From IMG/VR virus record IMGVR_UViG_3300043429_000130, positions 1-64,000 of that record: a stretch of 64,000 bases of DNA; one strand, written 5' to 3'. This DNA comes from a virus. Below are positions 28,801 through 38,300 of this stretch, piece by piece. The position numbers and the translations under genes are program-made. The notes below the pieces were generated by a model. It had not been told where the DNA came from and ran no database searches. It was given only the letters and a program-made list of their open reading frames with translations. The first letter of the stretch is position 1, and each line of letters opens with the position of its first letter.

Positions 28801-29798
28801 CCCATGTTTCCAAAATATGTTTTAACAGCTTGTGGGTTAAGTGAACTAGGCATATTAAAACTAGAAGCTAATGCACCACTTACTGAACCAGGTGAACTAG
28901 TTGTTGCTGTAGCAGAATTACTAGCAGGAACTGTAGATGCAGCTGATACTAATGCTGCACTTGGTGAAAAAGCAGAAGGCATACTACTACCATTTAACTG
29001 TAGTGGAGTAGGTGAGTTAGCTAAACTAACTGTAGCCGCAGGTTGTTGAGTAGGTGCTGCTGGTGTTTGAGCTGAAGGCTTAAAAGTTGTAGAAGCAAAC
29101 TGCTTAACATCAGATATAGCATTTCCAATAGCTGGTCCAACTTTAGGTATAAAGTTTTTAATATCAGTTATAGCATTGGTAACAACTGGTCTAACCTTTG
29201 GAACAAGATCTTTAACTTCATTTACAGCAGTATTTACTGCAGCATTTAAAGGTGAAGAACCAGGAGCTTTATAAGTTCCCCACATTGTTGTTCTTGGTTG
29301 CCAAGTATTAGCATAGGCAACATTAGGTTTCCCGTCTGTTTGTTTAGTTGTTCTATAAACATTTAATTTAGAGTTATCTAAATTATTAATAAAGTCAGGA
29401 TCAGAATACATTTTCTCAATATCTTTTCCATATTGATTCCACTCATTAGGAAATGAGTTAGGACTGTTTAACTGATCTAAACTAATTTTACCAGCGTTAT
29501 AAAGAAGTAAGTCATTAGGATTACGATCCGTATTAAACATATAATCAGCCATCCTTTCTCTCATACCCATTGGATACATAGATACTTTAGGAAGATACTG
29601 TTGTTTAAATAATGTAACAGCCTCATCTAAGTTTGCCGGACTTGCATTATTAAATCCAAATGCTGGATGACCAGTACCATCAGCTAATCCTTTCTTAGAT
29701 TCATACTTTAGTATTTTACGAATCCAAGAGTCATTTTCATCTACCTGACCTTTAGATTGATACTTAGTTAACGGTGCTTTAGTTATACGTATTTTCAT
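25887..29798 (-). CDS. Virion cargo protein with N-terminal lysozyme (GH108-like) module
   Basis: 1303 aa; KILKYES...AVTLFKQQY...MADYMFNT; EAERGE...GKRHSQGG..IFSD module; P/A/S-rich linker. Confidence 0.6.
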   Translation of the reverse strand: MKIRITKAPLTKYQSKGQVDENDSWIRKILKYESKKGLADGTGHPAFGFNNASPANLDEAVTLFKQQYLPKVSMYPMGMRERMADYMFNTDRNPNDLLLYNAGKISLDQLNSPNSFPNEWNQYGKDIEKMYSDPDFINNLDNSKLNVYRTTKQTDGKPNVAYANTWQPRTTMWGTYKAPGSSPLNAAVNTAVNEVKDLVPKVRPVVTNAITDIKNFIPKVGPAIGNAISDVKQFASTTFKPSAQTPAAPTQQPAATVSLANSPTPLQLNGSSMPSAFSPSAALVSAASTVPASNSATATTSSPGSVSGALASSFNMPSSLNPQAVKTYFGNMGRTDYVADTQAVADAKLQQQYPTLGATPQQQAANKTFGMKSPIGYICKGLKPDGTADIQASSYANDDARKAAGAFSTKAEAAIRCGAVNSSLANKVSDISDAVLTAGAVVDYFGQNKKLKDYERAFRQNQFDNQAVSPQFRGNYNINTGRFREDVTRKPNEGMFEMGGEQNFANTSNMIKIRITGKPENLEFEYGGQNGYGLDLGQRRVQTEMPQSKADSVSNTIREVPRYAANIEAERGETVYGDLDGDGGLEHMKIGGKRHSQGGTPLNVPEGSFIFSDTAKMKIKDPSVLTLFSMPLKKGGYTPAEIARKYDINKYKAIVEDPEADKISKSTAQLMLTNYRKKLSALATIQEEMKGFPQGIPAVAEGSEDQMAIAAYGGYLPEYQVAGQVLDPSVVAFIEQQKQQAILDELDRRQAASKPTVMPDTEVIDQTLSPKQLAALSDPEFAKYKGLLEKYNNKLVPGAYNVADMSDADAKEFARLAGKFGFKRGAEGNNTGFRVIQSSTPGLTFKRTGDSKKKAGFFGGYKPEMYERRVVEDVLGEDAMKNMSELDIRKAYFKELGVDVSNLSDDQLKNTKSLYTNKNFFEKQFYPKFAERFVGADYRTQLGDDMMLAAEHYDSYRSKPKMVPGKSPVGYKCTGRDENGNPIIVESSYMDAQAMAADGAVGSRQAASLQCPGEIIPGKIRTGEIPPEQKPGFLTPDKLALLTAGLVPPQAYLPFVPDLPYRQGDLVLEDWLSKAQQRQQTFNTAATTLGQYQPGTAMASNLSFLAGQTGEGVAQDIAQVDSRNVDRANQFMAQELQRKTANDAYNTNARERRWEGFVTTKQNLDNARRKYLTGITKAANNAFANRMYLDMLNKVNPIYNVDPRSGLSFFKQGYDPSRLGMMSSGSGAGGLDWASISKGYNAAKKSFPDLTVEQYMNRTVPRSTYSDSNADGIPNSIRTTAQSMPAMYNPLFGAMINPFGQTT

Positions 29799-29800
29799 GA

Positions 29801-31237
29801 TTACATTATTTCAAACTGATAACCTTGTTGACGAAGAGTTTCTAATTGTTCTGGAGATACATCTAAAACTTCACCTTCTACTGGGCCACCCATTTGCTTA
29901 GCAAAGTTCTTAGCAAAGTTAGCTTTTTTTCTCATAGCTGGACTATATCTTCCTTCTGGTGCACCAAGTATTGCAGAAGCTGCTTCTTGTACTCCCATGC
30001 CCATACGAGTAGCTTGAGCTTTAAACGTTCCTCTTTTAGAAGGATCTAAATGTATTCCACCTTGTCTCATCATTTCTACAGCATAGTCTGCTGGAAATGC
30101 CATATCATATTCAGGAATAAAAGCACCACCACCTTGATAGAATGCATTACCACTAAATGTAGAACCACCATCTTTCCATGTTGCTCTAGCAAATGCTCTA
30201 AAGTATGGATTACCATCTAAGTTCTTTTTATGACGAGCATAGAAAGCTGCTTTACGTTCTGGATCTTTAGGATGCTGACCTAGTTTAGAATCACCAAAGT
30301 ATTTAACAGTTCCATCAGGTCCTGTCACTTTATGTGTTTTACCTTTACGATCATTACTTCTAGTTACAGTGTAACCACCTCTACTCATTTCTGGCATTTC
30401 TTCTTGCTCATACTCTTCTTCCATTTCTTCTTCACCACCCTGAGCTTCAGGATTGTACATCATATAGTCAGCAATAGCATCTGCAGAGTGATCCATTACA
30501 GCAAGCTTAGAAGCAATCCAAGGATCTAAGTTTTGTTCTGGTGACACAAATTGACGTAGCTTAGACATTTTATCCGCAACTGCAGACATTTGTCCTAAAG
30601 CCATACCACCATTTGGTTCACCACCTTCAGCAAAAATACCTGTTGTATACCCACCATAAGCCATAGCTGCTTGTGTCATATCAGGTTGCTGAGAAGCTTG
30701 TTGTACAGACTGAGCCATTTGTTCAATAGCTTGTTGCTGCTGTTCTGCAGGCAACTCTTGTAACTGCTGCATTAACTGGTTAGGATCCATCTGATTCATT
30801 TCAGCAAACGCTTGTATAAGCTGCATAATCTGCTCTTGTTCTCCACCTTGTTGCATATATTGATTACCTCCATACATCATTTCTGGAATATATCCACCAT
30901 AAGCATAACCATAATCAGCCATTTGATCTAAGTTACCGGCAGCTGCAAAACGTGCACGTGCAATTTCAGATGGCATCTTTTCTCCACCTTGTGCCATGTT
31001 ATCCATAATCTTTTGTTGTACAGCAGGAGGTAAAGCATTAAAGCCTGGGTTGTCTGGTGTACCACCGTCACCCATTACTTCCATACCATACTCAGCTTTA
31101 CGCCACGTACCGCCTTTACCTTTATACCATTTAGCAGCCCAGCCATTAGCATATGCACTTGGGTATACATCAAATTTCTGTTTAGCCATAGACTTGGCTC
31201 TAGACCAAAGGGCTGGGTTGTTAGGTTTGTTTGCCAT
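29801..31237 (-). CDS. Modular virion protein of short domains separated by Phi-x-x-GG motifs
   Basis: 478 aa, M/Q/G-rich, about 12 Phi-x-x-GG motifs; IHLDPSKRGTF...KKANFAKN module. Confidence 0.65.
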   Translation of the reverse strand: MANKPNNPALWSRAKSMAKQKFDVYPSAYANGWAAKWYKGKGGTWRKAEYGMEVMGDGGTPDNPGFNALPPAVQQKIMDNMAQGGEKMPSEIARARFAAAGNLDQMADYGYAYGGYIPEMMYGGNQYMQQGGEQEQIMQLIQAFAEMNQMDPNQLMQQLQELPAEQQQQAIEQMAQSVQQASQQPDMTQAAMAYGGYTTGIFAEGGEPNGGMALGQMSAVADKMSKLRQFVSPEQNLDPWIASKLAVMDHSADAIADYMMYNPEAQGGEEEMEEEYEQEEMPEMSRGGYTVTRSNDRKGKTHKVTGPDGTVKYFGDSKLGQHPKDPERKAAFYARHKKNLDGNPYFRAFARATWKDGGSTFSGNAFYQGGGAFIPEYDMAFPADYAVEMMRQGGIHLDPSKRGTFKAQATRMGMGVQEAASAILGAPEGRYSPAMRKKANFAKNFAKQMGGPVEGEVLDVSPEQLETLRQQGYQFEIM

Positions 31238-31245
31238 AACTTAAG

Positions 31246-34200
31246 TTATTTATTTCTTTTATGATTATAATTTATACGTTGACTACTAGTCTTACTAGCT
31301 TTAAACTTAGCTTTTTCTGCAGAGCTCATTTCTGAAGCAGTCTTAGGTGTCTCACTAGATACTCTTTTAGAAGGACGGCATGCGGGATAACCTTTACGAG
31401 ACTCTCCTTCTTGTCTACCACAATCTTTACCTGTCTTTACATCTACCCACTTCTCAGCAAACCATCTATCTAGTCCACCATGTTGTCCACCATTTTTCAT
31501 CTTAACCATACCTCCACACTTGTGACAAGTTAATGGATCAGATCCACCTTCTACTGCTTTCCATGACCATCCACAATTAGAACAGCTAACAGACTTACTA
31601 AGAAGACCACCACCGTTTCTCATCATTGGATTATCATCTGCACTTGTGATATTCCAGTTTTTATCAAAAAACAGAATACTTCCACTTCTTGTCTTTACTT
31701 TTCTAGCACCAAGTTTTTTAGCTTGTTTAGCCATAGCAGCATGATCTGGAATCCATATACCTTCTTCATTAAAGTTTCCAGCATCTTCAATTACAGGAAC
31801 AGACCCACCACTTTGCATCATAGGATACTCGTCTACATAAGATGCACCGCCAAAGTTATACTCTTGTTCTGGATACATCATCTGTTCCTGACCATTAGAT
31901 CCTATACCTAACACAGGATAAGGAACACCTTGCATAGTTATATTAGCACTAGGTATACGAGTTACTTTACCAGGGTGAGCCCACTGACCACGAGGATCTA
32001 ATATAGGACCACCTTGTTTTTTAATATACATATTGCCTGCTCCATAACCATCTGGTAATTTATTATTAAGAGAAAGGTTTAAAAGATACTTAGTCTTTTG
32101 TTCAGGACTTATAAAAGGTGTAGATCCTACAGCTGCACCTACCATGTTATTAAAAGCATCTTCTGCAGATTCTCTTAGTTTAACTCCCCAAGGTCTAGTA
32201 TCACTACCTTTCATTAATGTAGAAAGTTCATGGCCTGCTCCTAATGCATTTGCACCTAAGAATCCTGCAACTTGTGATAATATAGGTATATTTCCAAGTT
32301 TATCTTGTATTGCTTCTGACGTATATCTACCAGCCATTGGATGTCTAAAGTTATCTAAAGGATCATCCTTTGGACCAAAGTATTCTTTAGATGCACTTAT
32401 ACCATCTTTAACTGCTTTAGCCATAGGTCTACCAAGCCAACGATCTAAAGACTTTTCATAATCACGTAATGTATTACTAATACTATTTACTGATGTGTTA
32501 GGTTTCTTACCTGCTACTTTACCAGCCAGTTGCATTTTTGGTAGATTAAACACCCCACCATTAGCAAACTCTTCTTTAGGCATAGGAGCTCTATATGTAC
32601 TATCCATATACCTCATGAACTCTGGGTTACGCTTAAGCACATTATCTCTAATGTCAATAACCTGTTTACCATAAAGAGGATTCTTTCTTAGATCAATACC
32701 TCCTTTAGGAACCTCTACTCCATATATCTTCTTCATCTTGAAGCCATGATAATCTGCCTCTGTAGAAGGAAATACTTTACCTAAACCATTATATACCTGT
32801 AGACGTGTAGCTTCATCTTTAATCTTTAGTCTATCCGCATCTTTCATTTTAGAGTTGTAAGCACTAATGAAACTTTGGTAAGCATCTTCTTCTGGATTAT
32901 CACTATGTACACCTTTTGTATGCCCTATATTATAATCTGTTTTTCCCCACTTAGTTTCTTGAAAACCCATAGCTGCAAGATTCATCATATCATTATAAGA
33001 CATGTTTTTTCTTTTAGCTTCTGTCAATAACTTACCTAAATCTTCAGAATCATAATCACCACTAACTAAATCTGAGTTAGGTCTAAGCGGTTTACCAGTA
33101 GTCATCATGACTTTTCTAGGGTCACGTATGCTTAATCTTTTAGGAGCTGAGGCAGGTGTTCTAACAATCTTAGGTTCATTAAAACCAAAAAACTCTTTAG
33201 CTTTTGCAGCCATAGTTGCCATAGCAGCTATAGTAGTAGGGTTTACAAAAGTTCCCCACTGAGCTTGAGGTAGATCATACTCACCACCTTCTTCTTTATA
33301 TACATTAAACAAGAAGTTTCTCATGCCATTCCATCCACCCATCTTAGGAGCTAGCTCAGACTGCATTCGTTGTAAATCATAATATCTAGGATCTACACCA
33401 AGTTTTTCTTGAGCAAGTTTAGAACCCATAGGGGTACTTAATCTCTGCTTTAATTTACTAGCAATAATATACTTTTGTTCAGGACTATATCCAGACGTAT
33501 CATCTGCTACAAATACATTAGGGTTCTGTTGAAAAAACTGTTTAGACGCTGCCATAGCTGCTTTCTTATCAGCTTTATCTAAAGGACTCTGCATCCAGTC
33601 ATAGTCAAAAGTTAACTGACCTGCAGCTTGTGCGGCATATTGTTTAGCATTTTCTTTATCCATAGCAGCCACCTGCTTAGCCCATGCATTCATATCTGCA
33701 TTAGCAGCTTTATTAGCAGCCGCAGCTTCTCTACCTCTAACTACCTCAGCTTTACATTTACCTGTTACAGGATCTTTTTCTTGATCAGGACAATCATAGA
33801 ATCCACCTACGTCATACTTGTTAACACTACCTCCACACTCATAGCATGGTTCACCACCATATCTTTTTTCTTTTTGACCGGCTATATTCATACCAGCATT
33901 GTATGCAGCATTACTTAGAATAAAAGGTATACGTGGATTTTCACTATATCTATTACGTCCAAAAAAAGCTTTAGCTCTTTGCCCAGCATAGTCACCAATA
34001 ATTTGAGGAACTCTAGATAAAGGATTACCTTTTACCATATAAATACTAGGTTGTTCATAAAGCCCACTAATAAATCTTCCAACATTTTCATCTGCTATTC
34101 TAGTCATTGGAAAATTTAAACCTGTTTTTTTATTAACTTCCAGTATAGGATTATCTAATGTAGGTTTATAATTATCTAAAAACTGTCTTAAAGAACCTTT

Positions 34201-35328
34201 GATAGTATTATCATTTTGAGCAGCATATGGTAAATCAAGTATAAGTTGTTGAGTTATACCATCTTTTTCTAATTGAGCAGCTCTTTGTAAAGATTCAGGA
34301 TTTCCTGTTTGTTTTAAAAGGCTAATACGATTTTGTAATTCTTGAGTATACTTAGGTGCATTAGGTAAAATACTTTCTATGTTTTCTGGCAAAGCATTAC
34401 TAATTCTTTTTCCTTTATTACCTGCCCAGTTTAACGGTTGAGTTTTTCCTGGATTAACTGCAGTAAATCCTTTACTTCTAGCAGCTTGTGTCCAAAATAA
34501 TGGAGCTGAATTTTTACTCATACTTCCATCAAAAGTAAATGCTCCTTTAGGTAGTGCAGCCATTTCTTGAGACATCATTTTAGCCACATCATCAGCAGGT
34601 ATATTAAAATATGAGTGACCAGTTACATCACCTTTTAAATAACCTAAATCAATAGCTCCAGCATTAAGTGCATTTTTTACTCTACCTACCTTACTAGTCA
34701 TTCCTGCTGTACCCTTATAAGCTGTAGTAGCTCCTCTTAATCCTCTAGAAAGTAGGTTAGTTCCTTGAACAGCTTCTGCTGCAAAAGGCATTGCTCCTAA
34801 AGCATGCATTCCTGTATTTAAAAAATCCATTCCACTTAAACTAAGTGGATCAGTAACTCCTCTATATATTATATCACCAGCACCTTTACCAAACTCTTTT
34901 GCTTCATTCACATAGAAAAAAGGATTAACCATATTAGCAGCTATATCTAAAGAGTTCTTTTTTCCTAACTCAAAATTATCTGGTATATCTCTACCTTGAG
35001 CTTTATAAGCTAAAGCTGTCATTGGGTTAGTAGCAATAGCCCAAGCTTTAGAAGCCATAGATTTTGGAGCAGGAGCTTGTCTAATATATCCCTGTCTATC
35101 TCTAGCAGCTTGATCAGCAGCACGTTTAGCTAAAACTTGTTTAGCTGCAGCGTCCTTTACCATTTGTGATCTAACAACAGCAGGATTAGGTATGTTATCA
35201 TACACAGGTTTTTCACTAACTGGAGGTTTAAACATCACTACACCAGCTTTTTGCATCTTCTGCAGGCCAGGAAGAATTTTATGTTCTACATTAGGCTGGC
35301 TCATTAAATATTGAAGTAACTTATTCAT
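31246..35328 (-). CDS. Modular virion protein (transglycosylase-like, SAA-like, Zn-ribbon and basic modules)
   Basis: 1360 aa; FQETKWG..YNGLG; DNFRH..HE..DAFNN; CSNC..CHKC; GLDRWFAEKWVD. Confidence 0.6.
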   Translation of the reverse strand: MNKLLQYLMSQPNVEHKILPGLQKMQKAGVVMFKPPVSEKPVYDNIPNPAVVRSQMVKDAAAKQVLAKRAADQAARDRQGYIRQAPAPKSMASKAWAIATNPMTALAYKAQGRDIPDNFELGKKNSLDIAANMVNPFFYVNEAKEFGKGAGDIIYRGVTDPLSLSGMDFLNTGMHALGAMPFAAEAVQGTNLLSRGLRGATTAYKGTAGMTSKVGRVKNALNAGAIDLGYLKGDVTGHSYFNIPADDVAKMMSQEMAALPKGAFTFDGSMSKNSAPLFWTQAARSKGFTAVNPGKTQPLNWAGNKGKRISNALPENIESILPNAPKYTQELQNRISLLKQTGNPESLQRAAQLEKDGITQQLILDLPYAAQNDNTIKGSLRQFLDNYKPTLDNPILEVNKKTGLNFPMTRIADENVGRFISGLYEQPSIYMVKGNPLSRVPQIIGDYAGQRAKAFFGRNRYSENPRIPFILSNAAYNAGMNIAGQKEKRYGGEPCYECGGSVNKYDVGGFYDCPDQEKDPVTGKCKAEVVRGREAAAANKAANADMNAWAKQVAAMDKENAKQYAAQAAGQLTFDYDWMQSPLDKADKKAAMAASKQFFQQNPNVFVADDTSGYSPEQKYIIASKLKQRLSTPMGSKLAQEKLGVDPRYYDLQRMQSELAPKMGGWNGMRNFLFNVYKEEGGEYDLPQAQWGTFVNPTTIAAMATMAAKAKEFFGFNEPKIVRTPASAPKRLSIRDPRKVMMTTGKPLRPNSDLVSGDYDSEDLGKLLTEAKRKNMSYNDMMNLAAMGFQETKWGKTDYNIGHTKGVHSDNPEEDAYQSFISAYNSKMKDADRLKIKDEATRLQVYNGLGKVFPSTEADYHGFKMKKIYGVEVPKGGIDLRKNPLYGKQVIDIRDNVLKRNPEFMRYMDSTYRAPMPKEEFANGGVFNLPKMQLAGKVAGKKPNTSVNSISNTLRDYEKSLDRWLGRPMAKAVKDGISASKEYFGPKDDPLDNFRHPMAGRYTSEAIQDKLGNIPILSQVAGFLGANALGAGHELSTLMKGSDTRPWGVKLRESAEDAFNNMVGAAVGSTPFISPEQKTKYLLNLSLNNKLPDGYGAGNMYIKKQGGPILDPRGQWAHPGKVTRIPSANITMQGVPYPVLGIGSNGQEQMMYPEQEYNFGGASYVDEYPMMQSGGSVPVIEDAGNFNEEGIWIPDHAAMAKQAKKLGARKVKTRSGSILFFDKNWNITSADDNPMMRNGGGLLSKSVSCSNCGWSWKAVEGGSDPLTCHKCGGMVKMKNGGQHGGLDRWFAEKWVDVKTGKDCGRQEGESRKGYPACRPSKRVSSETPKTASEMSSAEKAKFKASKTSSQRINYNHKRNK

Positions 35329-38300
35329 TATCTATGGGACTGTGTTAACTTTTGGTTAGATATTTTAAATAGCATCTTTAGATCTCCACTCTTTGTTTTT
35401 CTTAACCATACTTTGTTTACATTGTGTCTAAACCTCTTACGTTCTAAAGCTGCCTTGGTATAATCAATATACTGAGAATTAATATCATACTGATATCCGT
35501 TAGCCTTAGTATTAAACATAGGTACATTAACAGTACTAAATTCTCCACGATTTTTAGTAATATCCCAGAACTGATTAAATCTATACTTGTTCTCTTCTTT
35601 AGAGAATAAAATTTTTATAGAATTAGTTTGTATCTGAGGATAAGATAAAGCTGCTACAGGATTGTTCTTAGGCTTTAAGTTTAACTCTAGTAATCCAGAT
35701 ATCTGCTCTGAGTTAGAAATAACAGCTTGATCAAAGTTTTCATCTAATACATGAAACTTATCAGCACAATTATTGTGTGTCTTGTATACCTCTAGCAAGT
35801 ATTCAATATTTCTTACAGAGTTAACCTGTTGGCCAGTAGCAGAAATAAACTCCACCTCAAAAGGATAATCTTTACCATAGAAGTTTGCATAAGAGTCACA
35901 ACGTACATTATGCTTCCATATAGAATTTGTATCCACACTCATGAAGTGAGCTTTACCTGGAATGGTAAACGTAGGCTTCCAATCATGGAATGATAACCAT
36001 GTTTGACTCTTAGGATCATAGCTAATAGTCCATGATGCATCTTCAAATGCTAAGGTATTAGTAAGATCATAATATGTCTTAATACCTGAAACTGTTCTAT
36101 AAAATCTACCATCAGCGTCATAAGCCATATCATTAAACAAAGGCTTATAGTCTTTCTTAGTGATATAGATTATCTCATTAGTATTATCATAGGTCATTTG
36201 TACACCTACACCTTTTACAGGGTTATCGTACAAAGGATAGTTAGGATACTTAGCTAGTAGTTCAGAAGGTAGGTATTTAGCAAACCACCATTTCATACCT
36301 TCTCTAGAAATCTCTTTAAGCTGCCCAGCATACTGAAACACCTTACCTTGGTTCTGAGAAACCCAGAATACACCATGAGTACATCCTAGGTTAGCAAACT
36401 TATTCTGACAAGAACCATACTCAAATGATTCATCAGCATTTACTAAAGCTTGAAGTTGTTGAGGACCGCTAAATAATGCTCCATCACCAATAGTAATCTT
36501 AGCACCAGTACCATCTAACTTAAGTTCCTCAACACCCATGAACTGCATAGGACTTTGATAAGCCATCATAAATAACGCACCAGTCTTATTAATAGACTTG
36601 ATTGCTGTTACACGACTACCAAATGTCTTATAGTTGTTAGCTAAGTAAACTCTCCAGTTATCTTTCTTACTCTCATCTTGTTGTGGAAGAGAATAAACAA
36701 CTCTATTAGGATAGTAACTATAACAAGATTCTACTTTCTTAGGATCAAAATCTCTGTCAAGCATGTTGCCCCAAGTGATCTGAGAGTTAAATAACTTAGA
36801 TACACTTAGTGAGTAATCATATTTATAGTAGTTAGGTTCTTTAATAATGTCTGATCTAAACATATTACTTAGATCAGTTAGTCCGTTATAATCATAATGA
36901 CGTTTATCAATACGATCTTCCCAATCTCTGTATGCTACGTTAACCTCAGATTCTACAAAGAAGTCACGTACACCAGAGTTAAATAAATAAAAGTACCCTC
37001 TACTAATATGAAATGCACTAGATACTCTATGATCTAATGATCTAAATTGACTAGCTAGCTTAAATAAACCACCAGATAAATTAGTATTGTTTACCCAAAA
37101 TCTTGGATAAGGCATACTAAAATACATAGTGTAATCTAATTCAGCACCGTTAGGTTCACCATATAACCATGTGTTAAAGAACAACATGCTATTCTTTTCA
37201 GTGAATCTATTTATGTAAACATCACCATTAAAGTAAACATTAGATGTAAACTTACTAGCAGTAGATGTAGATATATCTTCTATACATAAAGAAATAGGTA
37301 GCTGCTTTAAACTATCCAATTGACCATATTGAGATGGTAAAGGAATTTTTAAAGCACCATAGTGTCCAGATATTGGAGTTTGATAAGTAGAGTATAGGTT
37401 AGCATTCTTTTCACTAATTAAATATCTACTTGTATCTTGGACAGTTGGATCACTTATATCAGCATGAGTTTTGATTACTACAAACTTACCACGATTAAAG
37501 TTATTAATCATGTAGTTCTGAGTATCTGCAAAGAATGACTGAACATCAGATCCAACATAACTAGATTCTATTAACTTTCTTCTTCTGTTTCCTTCTGGTG
37601 TAACTTTAGATTTATTATAATAACCATGAGAAACATACTGAGCAGCATATTGTCTATATGGAATAACAGCTAATACTAACTTCATTAGTTGTTCAGAAGT
37701 AACATCTGTCATGATAACAGACATAGCTCCTAATACAAGAATATTAGCTGCTGTAATAGCTGAGTTACCTACAGTTCTTTTTCCTGCTGCTCCAATAGGT
37801 CCTACTTCAGGAACACCTGTTGTGCTAAAATAACCATTGGTTACACCAACAAATGTACCCATAAGTGCTTCAGCTCTATGCGGAGCTAATAAACTTTGAG
37901 TAACGTTTACATCACCATCTGCTTGAAGATTTAATGTAGCATCAGCACCTGCAACTGCTCCAATTACTTTTGAAATCTGAGATACAGCTGCTAATACGTT
38001 TGTTATTAGATCTGTAAAGTTTGTAGGAAGTTTAAACTTAGGATGCTTATATGGAGTTTCAAACCTACCATTAGCTTCACCATAAAGCTCTTGGTATATT
38101 TTTAATTCATTACTATTTAAAAAAGGAGTACTAAATGTTACATCTGGTCCATGAAAAGATAATACATCTTTCTTATATTTTGATAGTTTAGATGATGTAG
38201 GATTAGGTCCACCATTATCACCACGTTGTTCATCAGGAGTTAAATAACTATCTTGTCTTAAGTCATTAAATGGATAGTTCTGGTATAGACCAGTTACGTT

